A stretch of DNA of 64,000 bases from Candidatus Omnitrophota bacterium (lineage in GTDB: Bacteria > Omnitrophota > Gorgyraeia > Zapsychrales > Zapsychraceae), in assembly GCA_020429915.1 (NCBI GenBank), contig JAGQKV010000003.1, forward strand, positions 2,442 to 66,441. Direction: 5' to 3'. Made by a program: the position numbers and the translations under genes. Positions 38,562-48,561 of the stretch are shown in pieces. The notes under the pieces are model-generated. The model saw nothing but the letters and a program-made list of their open reading frames with translations. It ran no database searches and had not been told where the DNA came from. Position 1 is the first letter of the stretch, and the number at the start of each line of letters is the position of its first letter.

Positions 38562-40982
38562 ATGTTCAATCGATTTACCGAAAGAGCGAGAAAAGTGATC
38601 GTTTACGCCAAGGAAGAGGCGCGGCGGTTTAATCATGATTACATCGGCACCGAGCATCTGCTGCTCGGGCTCGTCCGCGAGGGCGAAGGGGTGGCCGCGG
38701 CCGTCCTGCAGAAGCTCGGACTGGACCTGGAGACCATCCGCATCGAGGTCGAAAAGCTCGTCCAGCCCGGACCGCAGACGCAGGTCCTCGGCGATATTCC
38801 GTTTACCCCGCGCTCCAAAAAGGCGCTGGAGCTCTCCGCCGAAGAGGCGCGGGCGCTCGGCCACAACTATATAGGGACCGAACACCTGCTGCTCGGTCTG
38901 GTCAAGGAAGGCGAGGGCATGGCCTACCGCGTGCTGTTGAACCTCGGCCTTGATTTGGGCAAGCTGCGCAACGAGGTGATGGAACTGTTGGGCAGCGGTA
39001 TCCCCGGATACGGTTCGCAGGAACAGACCAAGACCGACAAGACGCCGGCCATCGACGCCTACGGCCGTAACCTGAACAAGCTGGCCAAGGACGGCAAGCT
39101 CGATCCGGTCATCGGCCGTAAGGACGAAATCGACCGCATCCTGCAGATCCTTTCGCGGCGAACCAAAAACAACCCGGTGCTGCTCGGGGAGGCCGGGGTC
39201 GGGAAGACGGCGATCGTCGAAGGTCTCGCCCAGAAGATCATCAAGGGCGAAGTCCCGGAAGTGCTGCGCGACAAGACTATCGTCGTGCTCGACTTGGCGC
39301 TGATGATCGCCGGCACGAAGTACCGCGGTCAATTCGAAGAGCGCATCAAGGCGATCATGGATGAAATCAAACGTTCCGGCAAGATCATCCTGTTCATCGA
39401 CGAGCTGCACACGCTGGTCGGGGCCGGGGCGGCGGAAGGCGCGATCGACGCGGCCAACATCCTCAAGCCGGCGCTGGCGCGTGGTGAAATCCAGTGTATC
39501 GGCGCCACCACCCTCGATGAATACCGTAAGCATATCGAAAAGGACGCCGCGCTCGAACGGCGCTTTCAAACCATTACCGTGGACCCGCCGTCGGAAGACG
39601 AGGCGATCCAGATCCTGCAGGGATTGCGCGACAAGTACGAAGCGCATCACCGCGTGAAATTCTCCGATGAATCGCTGGAGGCCGCGGTGAAATTGTCCGA
39701 ACGATACATCTCCGGCCGTGCGCTTCCGGACAAGGCTGTCGATATCCTCGACGAAGCCGGCGCACGCGCGCGCCTGGAGGCAATGGTGGTCCCGCCCGAC
39801 GTGAAGGATTTGGAAGGCGAAATCGAATCGCTGAAGAAGGAAAAGGAAGCGTTCATCAAGAGCCAGGACTTTGAAAAAGCGGCCAAGATGCGCGACAAAG
39901 AGCGTGAGACCCGCGACAAACTCGAGGGGATCAAGAACAAGTGGTCGGAAGAGCGCGACAAGGTCTCGATTACCATCGGTTACGAAGAGATCGCGCAGGT
40001 GATCTCACAGTGGACCAAGGTGCCGCTGGCCAGTCTTGAAGAAAAGGAATCCAAAAAGCTGCTCAAACTGGAAGAGCATCTCAAAGATGCGGTCGTCGGT
40101 CAGGAAGAGGCGATCGCCTCGTTGGCCCGCGCCATCCGCCGTTCACGCGCCGGGATCAAGGATCCGCGCCGGCCGATCGGATCGTTCATCTTTCTCGGAC
40201 CCACCGGTGTCGGCAAGACACTGCTTGCGCAAACCATCGCGCAATACATGTTCGGCGGCAAAGACTCGCTGATCCAGATCGACATGAGCGAGTACATGGA
40301 CAAGTTTAACGTCTCGCGCCTGATCGGGGCGCCTCCGGGATACGTCGGATACGAGGAAGGCGGGCAATTGACCGAAAAAGTCCGCCGCCGGCCGTATTCG
40401 GTGGTGCTGCTCGACGAGATCGAAAAGGCGCATCCGGACGTCTTCAACCTGTTGCTGCAGGTCTTCGAAGAAGGCCGGCTCACCGACAGCCTCGGCCGCA
40501 AGATCGACTTCCGCAACACGATCATCCTGATGACGTCCAACGTCGGAGCCCACATGATCGGCAACCAGACCGGTCTCGGTTTCGCCGAACAGAAGGACGA
40601 GGTCACCTACGAGCAGATGAAAGAAAAACTGCTTGAGACCGCGAAGAAGACCTTCAAGCCGGAGTTCCTCAACCGGATCGACGAAATCATCGTCTTCAAG
40701 TCCCTGACCAGGGAAAACCTCAAGAACATCGTGCAGCTCGAGATCAAGGGCGTGCTCAACCGGCTCAAGGACAAAGAGATTCAGGTCGAACTCAGTCCCG
40801 ACGCCTTCGAGCTGTTGATCGAGAAGGGCTTTGATCCGGTTTACGGTGCGCGGCCGCTGAAGCGGACCATTCAGCGTTTGCTGGAAGACCCGCTGGCCGA
40901 GGAGATCATCTCCGGCTCCTTCAAAGAGGGCAGCAAGGTCAAGGCCGACCGCAAAGAGGAGGTCCTCGTTTTTCAGACATGA
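38562..40982 (+). CDS. clpC: ATP-dependent Clp protease ATP-binding subunit ClpC (Clp_N repeats, two AAA+ modules, UVR)
   Basis: [12 protein letters not shown], double Clp_N, Walker A GEAGVGKT and GPTGVGKT, and an internal UVR. 806 aa. Confidence 0.9.
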   Translation: MFNRFTERARKVIVYAKEEARRFNHDYIGTEHLLLGLVREGEGVAAAVLQKLGLDLETIRIEVEKLVQPGPQTQVLGDIPFTPRSKKALELSAEEARALGHNYIGTEHLLLGLVKEGEGMAYRVLLNLGLDLGKLRNEVMELLGSGIPGYGSQEQTKTDKTPAIDAYGRNLNKLAKDGKLDPVIGRKDEIDRILQILSRRTKNNPVLLGEAGVGKTAIVEGLAQKIIKGEVPEVLRDKTIVVLDLALMIAGTKYRGQFEERIKAIMDEIKRSGKIILFIDELHTLVGAGAAEGAIDAANILKPALARGEIQCIGATTLDEYRKHIEKDAALERRFQTITVDPPSEDEAIQILQGLRDKYEAHHRVKFSDESLEAAVKLSERYISGRALPDKAVDILDEAGARARLEAMVVPPDVKDLEGEIESLKKEKEAFIKSQDFEKAAKMRDKERETRDKLEGIKNKWSEERDKVSITIGYEEIAQVISQWTKVPLASLEEKESKKLLKLEEHLKDAVVGQEEAIASLARAIRRSRAGIKDPRRPIGSFIFLGPTGVGKTLLAQTIAQYMFGGKDSLIQIDMSEYMDKFNVSRLIGAPPGYVGYEEGGQLTEKVRRRPYSVVLLDEIEKAHPDVFNLLLQVFEEGRLTDSLGRKIDFRNTIILMTSNVGAHMIGNQTGLGFAEQKDEVTYEQMKEKLLETAKKTFKPEFLNRIDEIIVFKSLTRENLKNIVQLEIKGVLNRLKDKEIQVELSPDAFELLIEKGFDPVYGARPLKRTIQRLLEDPLAEEIISGSFKEGSKVKADRKEEVLVFQT

Positions 40983-41959
40983 AACCAGCCGTCACCGCCG
41001 CCATCCTGATGCTGTCGGTCCTGTTTAGCGGACCGGCGGCCGCCAAACAACTCTTCACCTATGAAGGGGTGCTGAATCTTCAGGAAGCGCGGCTCGACAT
41101 GAACGTGACGGTGCGGCCCGAGGAAACCCTGCGGTTAACTCTCCTGAAAAAAGACGACCGGCAATTTCATCTCAAGAGCGACTTGTCGCATTTCAAGGCC
41201 CTCGCCTTCGACATGAACAGCGAAATGGAGGGAGTGGTCGACGTGCAGCGCGATGCCCGCGGCCGGGTGGAGGCCGTGGTCGGTACCCTGTGGAGCAACT
41301 ACTCCATCGTCGACGGCAAGCCGATCAAGGAATTGTCGGGCGGTTTCCGCGTCGAAGGGGGACAACTGCATGTGGCCGAACTGCATTTCGGAACGCTCGA
41401 CCTCAACGGAGTGATGGACCTGTCCGCTCCGTATAAAATGGACTTCGATTTTAACGTGCGGTACATGCCGATGGCCTCATTCCTGAAACTCTGGACCGGC
41501 CACAACCACTTCGAAGATTCCCGCGGTGATGTCGTGGGCGTCATCCGCGCGTTGGGCCCGCTGGACCGGGTTTTGCTCAAGGGCAACCTCAAGAGCTACG
41601 ACGCCATGATAAAGGGCAAGGAGTTTGATTCGATCGTGCTCAACCTGGAAGGCTATTACCCGCAATTCGAGATCGACAAGTCTTCACGCTTGGCCAAGCA
41701 GGGCGGCGTCAGTTTCAGTATCGACGGGCGCATCGACCTGGGTGACCTCAAGTCCTTCAAACGGCAGTTGAAACAACTGCATACCGCGCCGCTCGTCAAA
41801 GAGTCCGAGTACCTCAAGGAATGGACGATCAAGACGCAGACGGAAACCGGCGCTGAATCGGCCGCGCTGGAATACTTCATCCGCAACGAAGACAAGCTGG
41901 GAACGGACGAAGACGAAGAGGACATCATGTTCGGCATCCAGCGTTCCGTTCAATTTTAG
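40979..41959 (+). CDS. Secreted hypothetical protein inserted between clpC and radA
   Basis: Signal peptide [22 protein letters not shown], no recognisable motifs, acidic C-terminus. Confidence 0.55.
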   Translation: MKPAVTAAILMLSVLFSGPAAAKQLFTYEGVLNLQEARLDMNVTVRPEETLRLTLLKKDDRQFHLKSDLSHFKALAFDMNSEMEGVVDVQRDARGRVEAVVGTLWSNYSIVDGKPIKELSGGFRVEGGQLHVAELHFGTLDLNGVMDLSAPYKMDFDFNVRYMPMASFLKLWTGHNHFEDSRGDVVGVIRALGPLDRVLLKGNLKSYDAMIKGKEFDSIVLNLEGYYPQFEIDKSSRLAKQGGVSFSIDGRIDLGDLKSFKRQLKQLHTAPLVKESEYLKEWTIKTQTETGAESAALEYFIRNEDKLGTDEDEEDIMFGIQRSVQF

Positions 41960-41986
41960 ACCGGACGCCCGGCGGGCGACTTCTTT

Positions 41987-43369
41987 ATGAAGACGAAAAC
42001 CGTTTACATTTGTCAGGAATGCGGCGCGCAGTCCGCGCGTTGGCAGGGCAAGTGCCCCAGTTGTAACGCTTGGAATTCCTACGTTGAAGAAACCCTTGTT
42101 CCCTCGCCCGGCGGCAAGACGCCGGCGGTCAGCTATCAGGAAGATCCGGTCCTGCTCGATGATATTTCCCTCAATGATGAGAAGCGGTACGTGACCGGCA
42201 TCGCCGAGCTCGACCGCGTCATGGGCGGCGGCATCGTTCCCGGGTCCGTCACGTTGATCGGCGGCGATCCTGGCATAGGCAAGTCCACGTTGTCGCTGCA
42301 GATCGGCTGCGCTTTGTCCGCAGGCGGGCTGAAGGTTCTTTACATCAGCGGCGAAGAGTCGGTCAAGCAGACGAGTATGCGCGCCGGACGGATCAGCCGG
42401 GGAGAGACCAAATCTTTGTATATCGTCAACCAGGTCGATCTCAACGCCATCCTCGACTATATCAAAAAGATGCAGCCGCAGGTCGTGGTGATCGATTCGA
42501 TTCAGGTGGTGTATCAGCCCGAAGTGCAGTCTTCCCCGGGCAGCGTCAGTCAGGTCCGCGAATGCTCGGCTATCCTCACGCACACGGCCAAGCGCCACGG
42601 TATCGCGTTGTTCATCATCGGCCATGTCACCAAAGAGGGCATGCTGGCCGGCCCGCGGGTGCTGGAACATATCGTGGATACGGTGCTTTACTTCGAAGGC
42701 GAACGCTATTCCACGTACCGGATTTTGCGCGGGACCAAGAACCGTTTCGGGTCCACCAATGAGATCGGGCTCTTTGAGATGATGGCCAACGGACTGAATG
42801 AGGTCCCCAATCCGTCGGAGATCTTCCTGTCGGAACGGCCCGACGACACCACCGGCTCGGTAGTGACTCCGATTATCGAAGGGACGCGGCCGTTCCTGGT
42901 GGAGGTGCAGGGACTGGTGAGCAATTCGAATTTCAATATGGTCCGGCAAAAGGCGCAGGGCTTCGACGTCAACCGCCTGGCGCTGCTGATCGCGGTGCTC
43001 GACAAGCGCCTCGGCCTGAATATGCAAGACAAGGACATCTTTCTCAACGTGGTCGGCGGCGTGAAACTGATGGATCCGGCCGCGGACCTGGCGGTGGCCC
43101 TGGCGCTGGCCACGGCGTTGCTGGACAAACCGGTCAACCGTTCGACGGTGGTGATCGGCGAGGTGGGCCTTTCCGGCGAGGTGCGCAGCGTGTCGCAGGT
43201 GGCGCTACGGGTAAACGAGGCGCGCAAACTCGGCTTCGAACGCTGCATTCTGCCCAAGAACAATTTGAAGTCCCGGCTGGAAATCGACACCGACGGCATC
43301 GAGATCATGCCGGTGGCGACCGCCCGCGAGGCGCTGGATCTGCTCAATGACATAGAGGAAAACCGATGA
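41987..43369 (+). CDS. radA: DNA repair protein RadA/Sms
   Basis: N-terminal C4 zinc finger (CQECGAQSARWQGKCPSC), Walker A GDPGIGKST, KNRFG, and a C-terminal Lon-like domain. Confidence 0.9.
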   Translation: MKTKTVYICQECGAQSARWQGKCPSCNAWNSYVEETLVPSPGGKTPAVSYQEDPVLLDDISLNDEKRYVTGIAELDRVMGGGIVPGSVTLIGGDPGIGKSTLSLQIGCALSAGGLKVLYISGEESVKQTSMRAGRISRGETKSLYIVNQVDLNAILDYIKKMQPQVVVIDSIQVVYQPEVQSSPGSVSQVRECSAILTHTAKRHGIALFIIGHVTKEGMLAGPRVLEHIVDTVLYFEGERYSTYRILRGTKNRFGSTNEIGLFEMMANGLNEVPNPSEIFLSERPDDTTGSVVTPIIEGTRPFLVEVQGLVSNSNFNMVRQKAQGFDVNRLALLIAVLDKRLGLNMQDKDIFLNVVGGVKLMDPAADLAVALALATALLDKPVNRSTVVIGEVGLSGEVRSVSQVALRVNEARKLGFERCILPKNNLKSRLEIDTDGIEIMPVATAREALDLLNDIEENR

Positions 43370-44355
43370 CCCTGACCTTTTTACGTATTCTGTTTATGAC
43401 CATGAGCGTGCTCGTCGGTTATTACGCAGGCAGCGTTCATAACGACGCGTTGGCCGGCGGTCAGATCGGATTTCTCGGCGGCCTGCTGCTGATCGTACTC
43501 GAACGGTCAATGCGCCGTGTCTCGGTGCGCGGTCTGTCGAGCATGGTCTGCGGATTGCTGCTGGGGATCTTTATGGCCAAGATCCTTGCCGATATCCTGT
43601 CGCTGTTGCCGCTGGGCCATTACATCCAGTCCGTAACCCGCGTCTCGCTGACTCTGGTCTTTTCGTACCTGGGCGCGGTCATGGCCCTGCGGGGCAAGGA
43701 CGAGTTTCACCTGATAATCCCGTACGTGAAATTCCGCCGGCAGGATATCAAGGACGGGGTGGTGCTGCTCGACACCAGCGCGATCATCGACGGCCGGGTC
43801 ATTGACATTTACAAGACCCATTTTCTGGTGGGACGCCTGGTGGTGCCGCGCTTCGTGCTACACGAGATGCAGGCGCTGGCGGATTCCGCCGAGGACATCA
43901 AACGCGAACGGGGCCGGCGTGGGCTGGAACTGCTGCGCCTGATGCAGGAGGACCCCAAGGTCGATCTGCATATTCATGAAGACGACATGACCGGTCCCGA
44001 ACCGGTGGACGCGAAGCTGATCCGCATGGCGCGGATGATGGACGCGCGGATCTGCACCAATGATTTCAATCTCGGCCGGACCGCCGAACTGCAGGGCGTG
44101 GACATTCTCAACGTTAACGAACTCATCCAGGCGGTCAAGTCGGTGCTTTTTACCGGGGACAACATCGACGTGAAACTGATTAAGGAAGGCAAGGAGCACG
44201 ACCAGGCCATCGGCTATATGGAAGACGGTACCATGGTCGTGGTCAGCGGCGCCCGCGAACGCATCGGCCATGAAGTGCGGGTCCAGGTCACCTCAGTCCT
44301 GCAAACACAGGCCGGAAAAATGATCTTCGCCAAACTGAGTGGAGGAGCGAACTGA
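43366..44355 (+). CDS. Membrane PIN-TRAM domain protein (YacL-like)
   Basis: N-terminal TM helices, a PIN domain (VVLLDTSAIIDGRV) and a C-terminal TRAM (GHEVRVQVTSVLQTQAGKMIFAKL). It sits between radA and ispD as yacL does in Bacillus. Confidence 0.75.
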   Translation: MTLTFLRILFMTMSVLVGYYAGSVHNDALAGGQIGFLGGLLLIVLERSMRRVSVRGLSSMVCGLLLGIFMAKILADILSLLPLGHYIQSVTRVSLTLVFSYLGAVMALRGKDEFHLIIPYVKFRRQDIKDGVVLLDTSAIIDGRVIDIYKTHFLVGRLVVPRFVLHEMQALADSAEDIKRERGRRGLELLRLMQEDPKVDLHIHEDDMTGPEPVDAKLIRMARMMDARICTNDFNLGRTAELQGVDILNVNELIQAVKSVLFTGDNIDVKLIKEGKEHDQAIGYMEDGTMVVVSGARERIGHEVRVQVTSVLQTQAGKMIFAKLSGGAN

Positions 44356-45044
44356 TGAAAGCACAAGCCATTATCCCCGCCGCCGGAGAAGGGACCCGCA
44401 TGGGGTCCGACACTCCCAAGATATTCTTGCCGCTGGCCGGCGTTCCGATGATCGTGCACACGCTACGCGCCTTTGAGGCGTGCGCCTCAGTCGATAAAGT
44501 CGTGCTCGTTGTTCATCCTGAATATGCCAGCGAGTACCGCTCGCTCGTCGAAGACCACGGGTTGACCAAGGTCAAGGAATACATCACCGGCGGCGTCCGG
44601 CGCAGCGAGTCGGTGGGCAACGGACTGACCTATGTCGATTCCGACTGCGGGATCATCGTGGTGCATGACGGCGCCCGGCCGCTGATCAAACCGAACCTTA
44701 TCGACAAGGCGGTGGCCCAGTGTGTGACCGACCGGGCGGTGGTACTGGGAGTTCCGGTGAAACAAACGATCAAGAAAATCAATGCGCTCGAAGGGACTGT
44801 TGAGCGCACGCTGGAGCGCGAGCAACTGTGGGAGATCCAGACGCCGCAGGTGTTTCACCGCGATCTGCTGGTGGAGGCCTACGAACATGCCAAGAGTTTG
44901 GACGTCACCGACGACGCGTCGCTGGTAGAGCAGATCGGCATCAAAGTTAAGGTGATGCAGGGCGACTACTTCAATATCAAAGTCACCACGCCCGATGACG
45001 TGGCGATCGCTGAAAAGCTTTTGGCCATGGAGAGTGTCGGCTGA
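44355..45044 (+). CDS. ispD: 2-C-methyl-D-erythritol 4-phosphate cytidylyltransferase
   Basis: AIIPAAGEGTRMGS, VHDGARPL. Confidence 0.9.
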   Translation: MKAQAIIPAAGEGTRMGSDTPKIFLPLAGVPMIVHTLRAFEACASVDKVVLVVHPEYASEYRSLVEDHGLTKVKEYITGGVRRSESVGNGLTYVDSDCGIIVVHDGARPLIKPNLIDKAVAQCVTDRAVVLGVPVKQTIKKINALEGTVERTLEREQLWEIQTPQVFHRDLLVEAYEHAKSLDVTDDASLVEQIGIKVKVMQGDYFNIKVTTPDDVAIAEKLLAMESVG

Positions 45045-45046
45045 TC

Positions 45047-45526
45047 ATGGATATCCGCACCGGACTCGGTTATGACATCCACTGCTTTGCCGCCGGCCGC
45101 AAGCTCGTGCTGGGCGGGGTGGAGATCCCGCACGAGTACGGGCTCGAGGGGCACAGCGATGCCGACGTCCTGCTACACGCGCTGTGCGACGCGATCCTCG
45201 GTGCGCTCGGCCTTGGCGATATCGGCGAGCATTTTCCCAACACCGATTTACAGTACAAGGACATTTCCAGCCTGCTGCTGCTCGACGAGGTGAACAAGCA
45301 GATGCGGGAGGCCGGCTACCGGTTGACCAATGTCGACTGCATGCTGCAGGCCGAGGAACCGAACCTGAAGGATTACAAACCGGCGATGCGCAACCTCATC
45401 GCCCTGCGGCTCGACATTCCTTATGAGTCGGTCAATATCAAGGCCACGACCATGGAAGGGATGGGTTCAATCGGCCGCCGTGAAGGCATCGCCGCCTTTG
45501 CCACGGTGCTGTTAATTAAGGATTGA
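45047..45526 (+). CDS. ispF: 2-C-methyl-D-erythritol 2,4-cyclodiphosphate synthase
   Basis: [33 protein letters not shown]. Confidence 0.9.
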   Translation: MDIRTGLGYDIHCFAAGRKLVLGGVEIPHEYGLEGHSDADVLLHALCDAILGALGLGDIGEHFPNTDLQYKDISSLLLLDEVNKQMREAGYRLTNVDCMLQAEEPNLKDYKPAMRNLIALRLDIPYESVNIKATTMEGMGSIGRREGIAAFATVLLIKD

Positions 45527-45530
45527 CGCA

Positions 45531-46220
45531 ATGATGCTGTTTTTAAAAATATTTATCGGACTGCTGATCTTCACACTGGCGTTTATCGCCGTGATTTACG
45601 CGTTTTTCCGCGACGAGATCGTGTCCACGCGGGAACGCGATCCGGCGGCCAAGAACGACATCGAGATCATCCTGCTGTATTCCGGCCTGCACGCGGTCGT
45701 CTCGCACCGCGTCGCGCACCGGTTGTGGTTGATGAAGCTGAAACTGATCGCGCGGTTGCTCTCGCAGATCTCGCGGTTTTTCACGGGAATCGAAATCCAT
45801 CCCGGCGCCCGGATCGGCCGCGGCTTGTTTATCGACCACGGCATGGGCGTGGTGATCGGCGAGACCGCGATCGTCGGCGACAACTGCACGCTGTTCCAGG
45901 GCGTGACTCTCGGCGGGACCGGCAAGGAGACCGGCAAGCGGCATCCCACGCTGGGCCACAATGTGGTCGTCGGCGCCGGGGCCAAAGTGCTCGGCAACAT
46001 CACCATCGGCGACAACAGCTACGTCGGCGCCAACGCGGTGATCCTCAAACCCGTGCCGGCCAACGCGACCGTCGTCGGCGTGCCCGGTCACATCACCAAA
46101 AAGGACGGACACAAGATTGATCCGATGGACCACGTTCATATCTCGGACCCGGTGATGGTCCATATGAAGGACCTGCTCAAACGCATCAAGTGTCTGGAGG
46201 ACCAGACCAAGGACAAGTAA
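45531..46220 (+). CDS. cysE: Serine O-acetyltransferase
   Basis: [44 protein letters not shown]. Confidence 0.85.
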   Translation: MMLFLKIFIGLLIFTLAFIAVIYAFFRDEIVSTRERDPAAKNDIEIILLYSGLHAVVSHRVAHRLWLMKLKLIARLLSQISRFFTGIEIHPGARIGRGLFIDHGMGVVIGETAIVGDNCTLFQGVTLGGTGKETGKRHPTLGHNVVVGAGAKVLGNITIGDNSYVGANAVILKPVPANATVVGVPGHITKKDGHKIDPMDHVHISDPVMVHMKDLLKRIKCLEDQTKDK

Positions 46221-46245
46221 CGCACCTCGAGGGAAGGGAGACAAC

Positions 46246-46872
46246 ATGGCCCGCAATGGTTTGTTGATCACGTTCGAAGGACTGGAAGGGTCCGGCAAGA
46301 GCACGCAGATTGAGCGCAGCTGCGAATACCTTAAAGATAAAGAGCACGACATCCTGTTTTTGCGTGAACCGGGCGGCGTTCCGCTCAGCGAGAAGATCCG
46401 TGATATTCTGCTCGACGTCGGCAACACCGATATGACCCATGAGTGCGAGATGCTGTTGTACATGGCGGCGCGCGCCCAGCTGGTCCGCGAAAAGATCATT
46501 CCCGCCCTGGAAAACGGGCAGACCGTGATCTGCGACCGTTTTCTCGATTCCACGTTGGCCTATCAGGGGTACGGCCACGACATGAATGTCGAATTCATCA
46601 AGGACCTCGGCGAGTTTGTCACCGAGGACGTCTCTCCGGACTTGACCATCATCTTCGACATCGATCCGGCCAAGGGTTTGGGGCGTATTAAGGGCGTCAA
46701 AGACCGCATCGAACAGCGCGACCTTGATTATCACGCCCGCGTCCAGGAAGGGTATCACGACATCGCCCGCCAGAATCCGCAGCGCGTCAAGGTAATCGAG
46801 TCCGACCGCACGATCGAAGAAGTCTTTGAGCGCGTCCGTCAATACATCGATGATGTGTTGGGGAACGCATGA
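46246..46872 (+). CDS. tmk: Thymidylate kinase
   Basis: ITFEGLEGSGKSTQ, LREPGG, DRF...S lid. Confidence 0.9.
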   Translation: MARNGLLITFEGLEGSGKSTQIERSCEYLKDKEHDILFLREPGGVPLSEKIRDILLDVGNTDMTHECEMLLYMAARAQLVREKIIPALENGQTVICDRFLDSTLAYQGYGHDMNVEFIKDLGEFVTEDVSPDLTIIFDIDPAKGLGRIKGVKDRIEQRDLDYHARVQEGYHDIARQNPQRVKVIESDRTIEEVFERVRQYIDDVLGNA

Positions 46873-47783
46873 CCGCGATCACCGTCGAACCCCATCAGGA
46901 TGTTGTTGACCGCTTGCTGCGGCTGTATCGGGCCGGACGACTGGCGCACGGATACCTCTTCACCGGCGCCAAATACGTCGGCAAATCGGAAACAGCCATG
47001 GCCATGGCCCGGGAATTGAGTGATCCCATTGACACTCACGTGCTGGAATGCGCGTTCGGCGAGAAGATCAAGATCGATGAGGTACGCGAAATTCTCGGCC
47101 TGATGGGCCTGCGGCCGTTCAGCGCGGAGAAGAAGGTCATCATCATCAAGAACGTGGAGCTGATGACCGTGGAAAGCGCCAATATCCTGCTTAAGACCCT
47201 GGAAGAGCCCACCCCCAGCAGCCTGATGATCCTGACAACCTCCGTGTTTGAGCGTGTGTTGCCCACCATCCGGTCGCGTTGCCACCGGGTCCATTTCCCG
47301 ACCCCCTGCAAAGAAGTCCTTGCAGAACAACTGAGAAGTCTTTATCATGAAGACACCTCTTCAGCCCATTTTTTAAGCGCCCTGGCCGAGGGCAGCCTCG
47401 GGGTGGCGCAGCACTACCGGGAACGCGGCCTGTTCGAACGCAAGAATCACTGGATCAGCCAGTTTGTGTTCGGCCCGTCCGATCCGGATTTTGCCAAGAA
47501 GGAGCTGAAGGATCTCAAGGACAAGGAGTTGACCAAGGAATTCCTGGACGTCCTGCTGAGCTGGGTAAGGGACGCGGCGCTGATCTATTCGGGCGTCGCG
47601 GACGATCACCTGATTCATCTGGACCGGCGCGATGAGCTCGAACAGTTCGCGCGGCGCTTTCACTTTGATGACCTTGCTGAAATATACGATGAGGTCATCC
47701 TGGCGCAAAAAATGCTGGCGGACAATCTGAATCTGAAATTGCCGCTGTTGATTATAAAGGAGAAGATGTCATGGGTAAGCTAG
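46869..47783 (+). CDS. holB: DNA polymerase III subunit delta' (HolB)
   Basis: HGYLFTGAKYVGKSETA, a degenerate P-loop typical of delta', and SRCHRVHF. Confidence 0.8.
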   Translation: MTAITVEPHQDVVDRLLRLYRAGRLAHGYLFTGAKYVGKSETAMAMARELSDPIDTHVLECAFGEKIKIDEVREILGLMGLRPFSAEKKVIIIKNVELMTVESANILLKTLEEPTPSSLMILTTSVFERVLPTIRSRCHRVHFPTPCKEVLAEQLRSLYHEDTSSAHFLSALAEGSLGVAQHYRERGLFERKNHWISQFVFGPSDPDFAKKELKDLKDKELTKEFLDVLLSWVRDAALIYSGVADDHLIHLDRRDELEQFARRFHFDDLAEIYDEVILAQKMLADNLNLKLPLLIIKEKMSWVS

Positions 47784-48559
47784 TGCAGGTCCGGCTGGGA
47801 GAATACCGTGCGGTAGGTTTCTTTGATCTCAACGGGGTCGAAGCCGACCGCGACGATTATGTGATATTGGAAGTCGACCGGGGGTCCGAGTTCGGCCAGG
47901 TCGTCTCCGACGTCAATATGGCGTGCAAAGGCAGCACCGAAAACGCCAAGGGCAAGATCATCCGCAAAGCCACCGAAGGCGATCTTCGGCAAATCGAAAA
48001 CAACCGCGGCAAGGCCAAAGACGCGCTCGGCGTCTGCGCCCGCAAGATCACCGACCGCAAGCTCGACATGCGCCTCACCAAGGTCGAATACACCTTCGAC
48101 TGCAGCAAGATCATTTTCTATTTCACCGCCGAAGGCCGTGTGGATTTCCGCGCGCTGGTGAAGGACCTGGCCAAGGTCTTCCGCGTGCGCATCGAGCTCA
48201 AGCAGATCGGCGTGCGCGACAAAGCCAAGATCGTCGGCGGCTACGGCGTCTGCGGCCGGGAACTGTGCTGCTCGTCGTTCATGAAAGGCTTTCACCCGCT
48301 GTCGATCAAGATGGCCAAAGAGCAGGGTCTGCCGCTGAACCCTTCCCGGATCTCCGGGGTGTGCGGCCGGATCAAGTGCTGCATGGCCTATGAATTCCAG
48401 GTCTACAAGGAATTCTCCCGCGACCTGCCGCGCATCGGCGAGCGTATCCAGGTCAAGGAAGGTAAGGGCAAGGTGATCGACGTCAATATCCTCAAACGCC
48501 TCGTCAGTATCGAAATGAAGGAAGGGCACGTCGTCAAAACCGAAATCGCCAAGAAATAG
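47771..48559 (+). CDS. ricT: PSP1-domain protein RicT/YaaT
   Basis: Conserved PSP1 C-terminal region with a Cys cluster (CGRELCCSSF, CGRIKCC). Position after holB is as in Bacillus. Confidence 0.8.
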   Translation: MGKLVQVRLGEYRAVGFFDLNGVEADRDDYVILEVDRGSEFGQVVSDVNMACKGSTENAKGKIIRKATEGDLRQIENNRGKAKDALGVCARKITDRKLDMRLTKVEYTFDCSKIIFYFTAEGRVDFRALVKDLAKVFRVRIELKQIGVRDKAKIVGGYGVCGRELCCSSFMKGFHPLSIKMAKEQGLPLNPSRISGVCGRIKCCMAYEFQVYKEFSRDLPRIGERIQVKEGKGKVIDVNILKRLVSIEMKEGHVVKTEIAKK

Positions 48560-48561
48560 TC

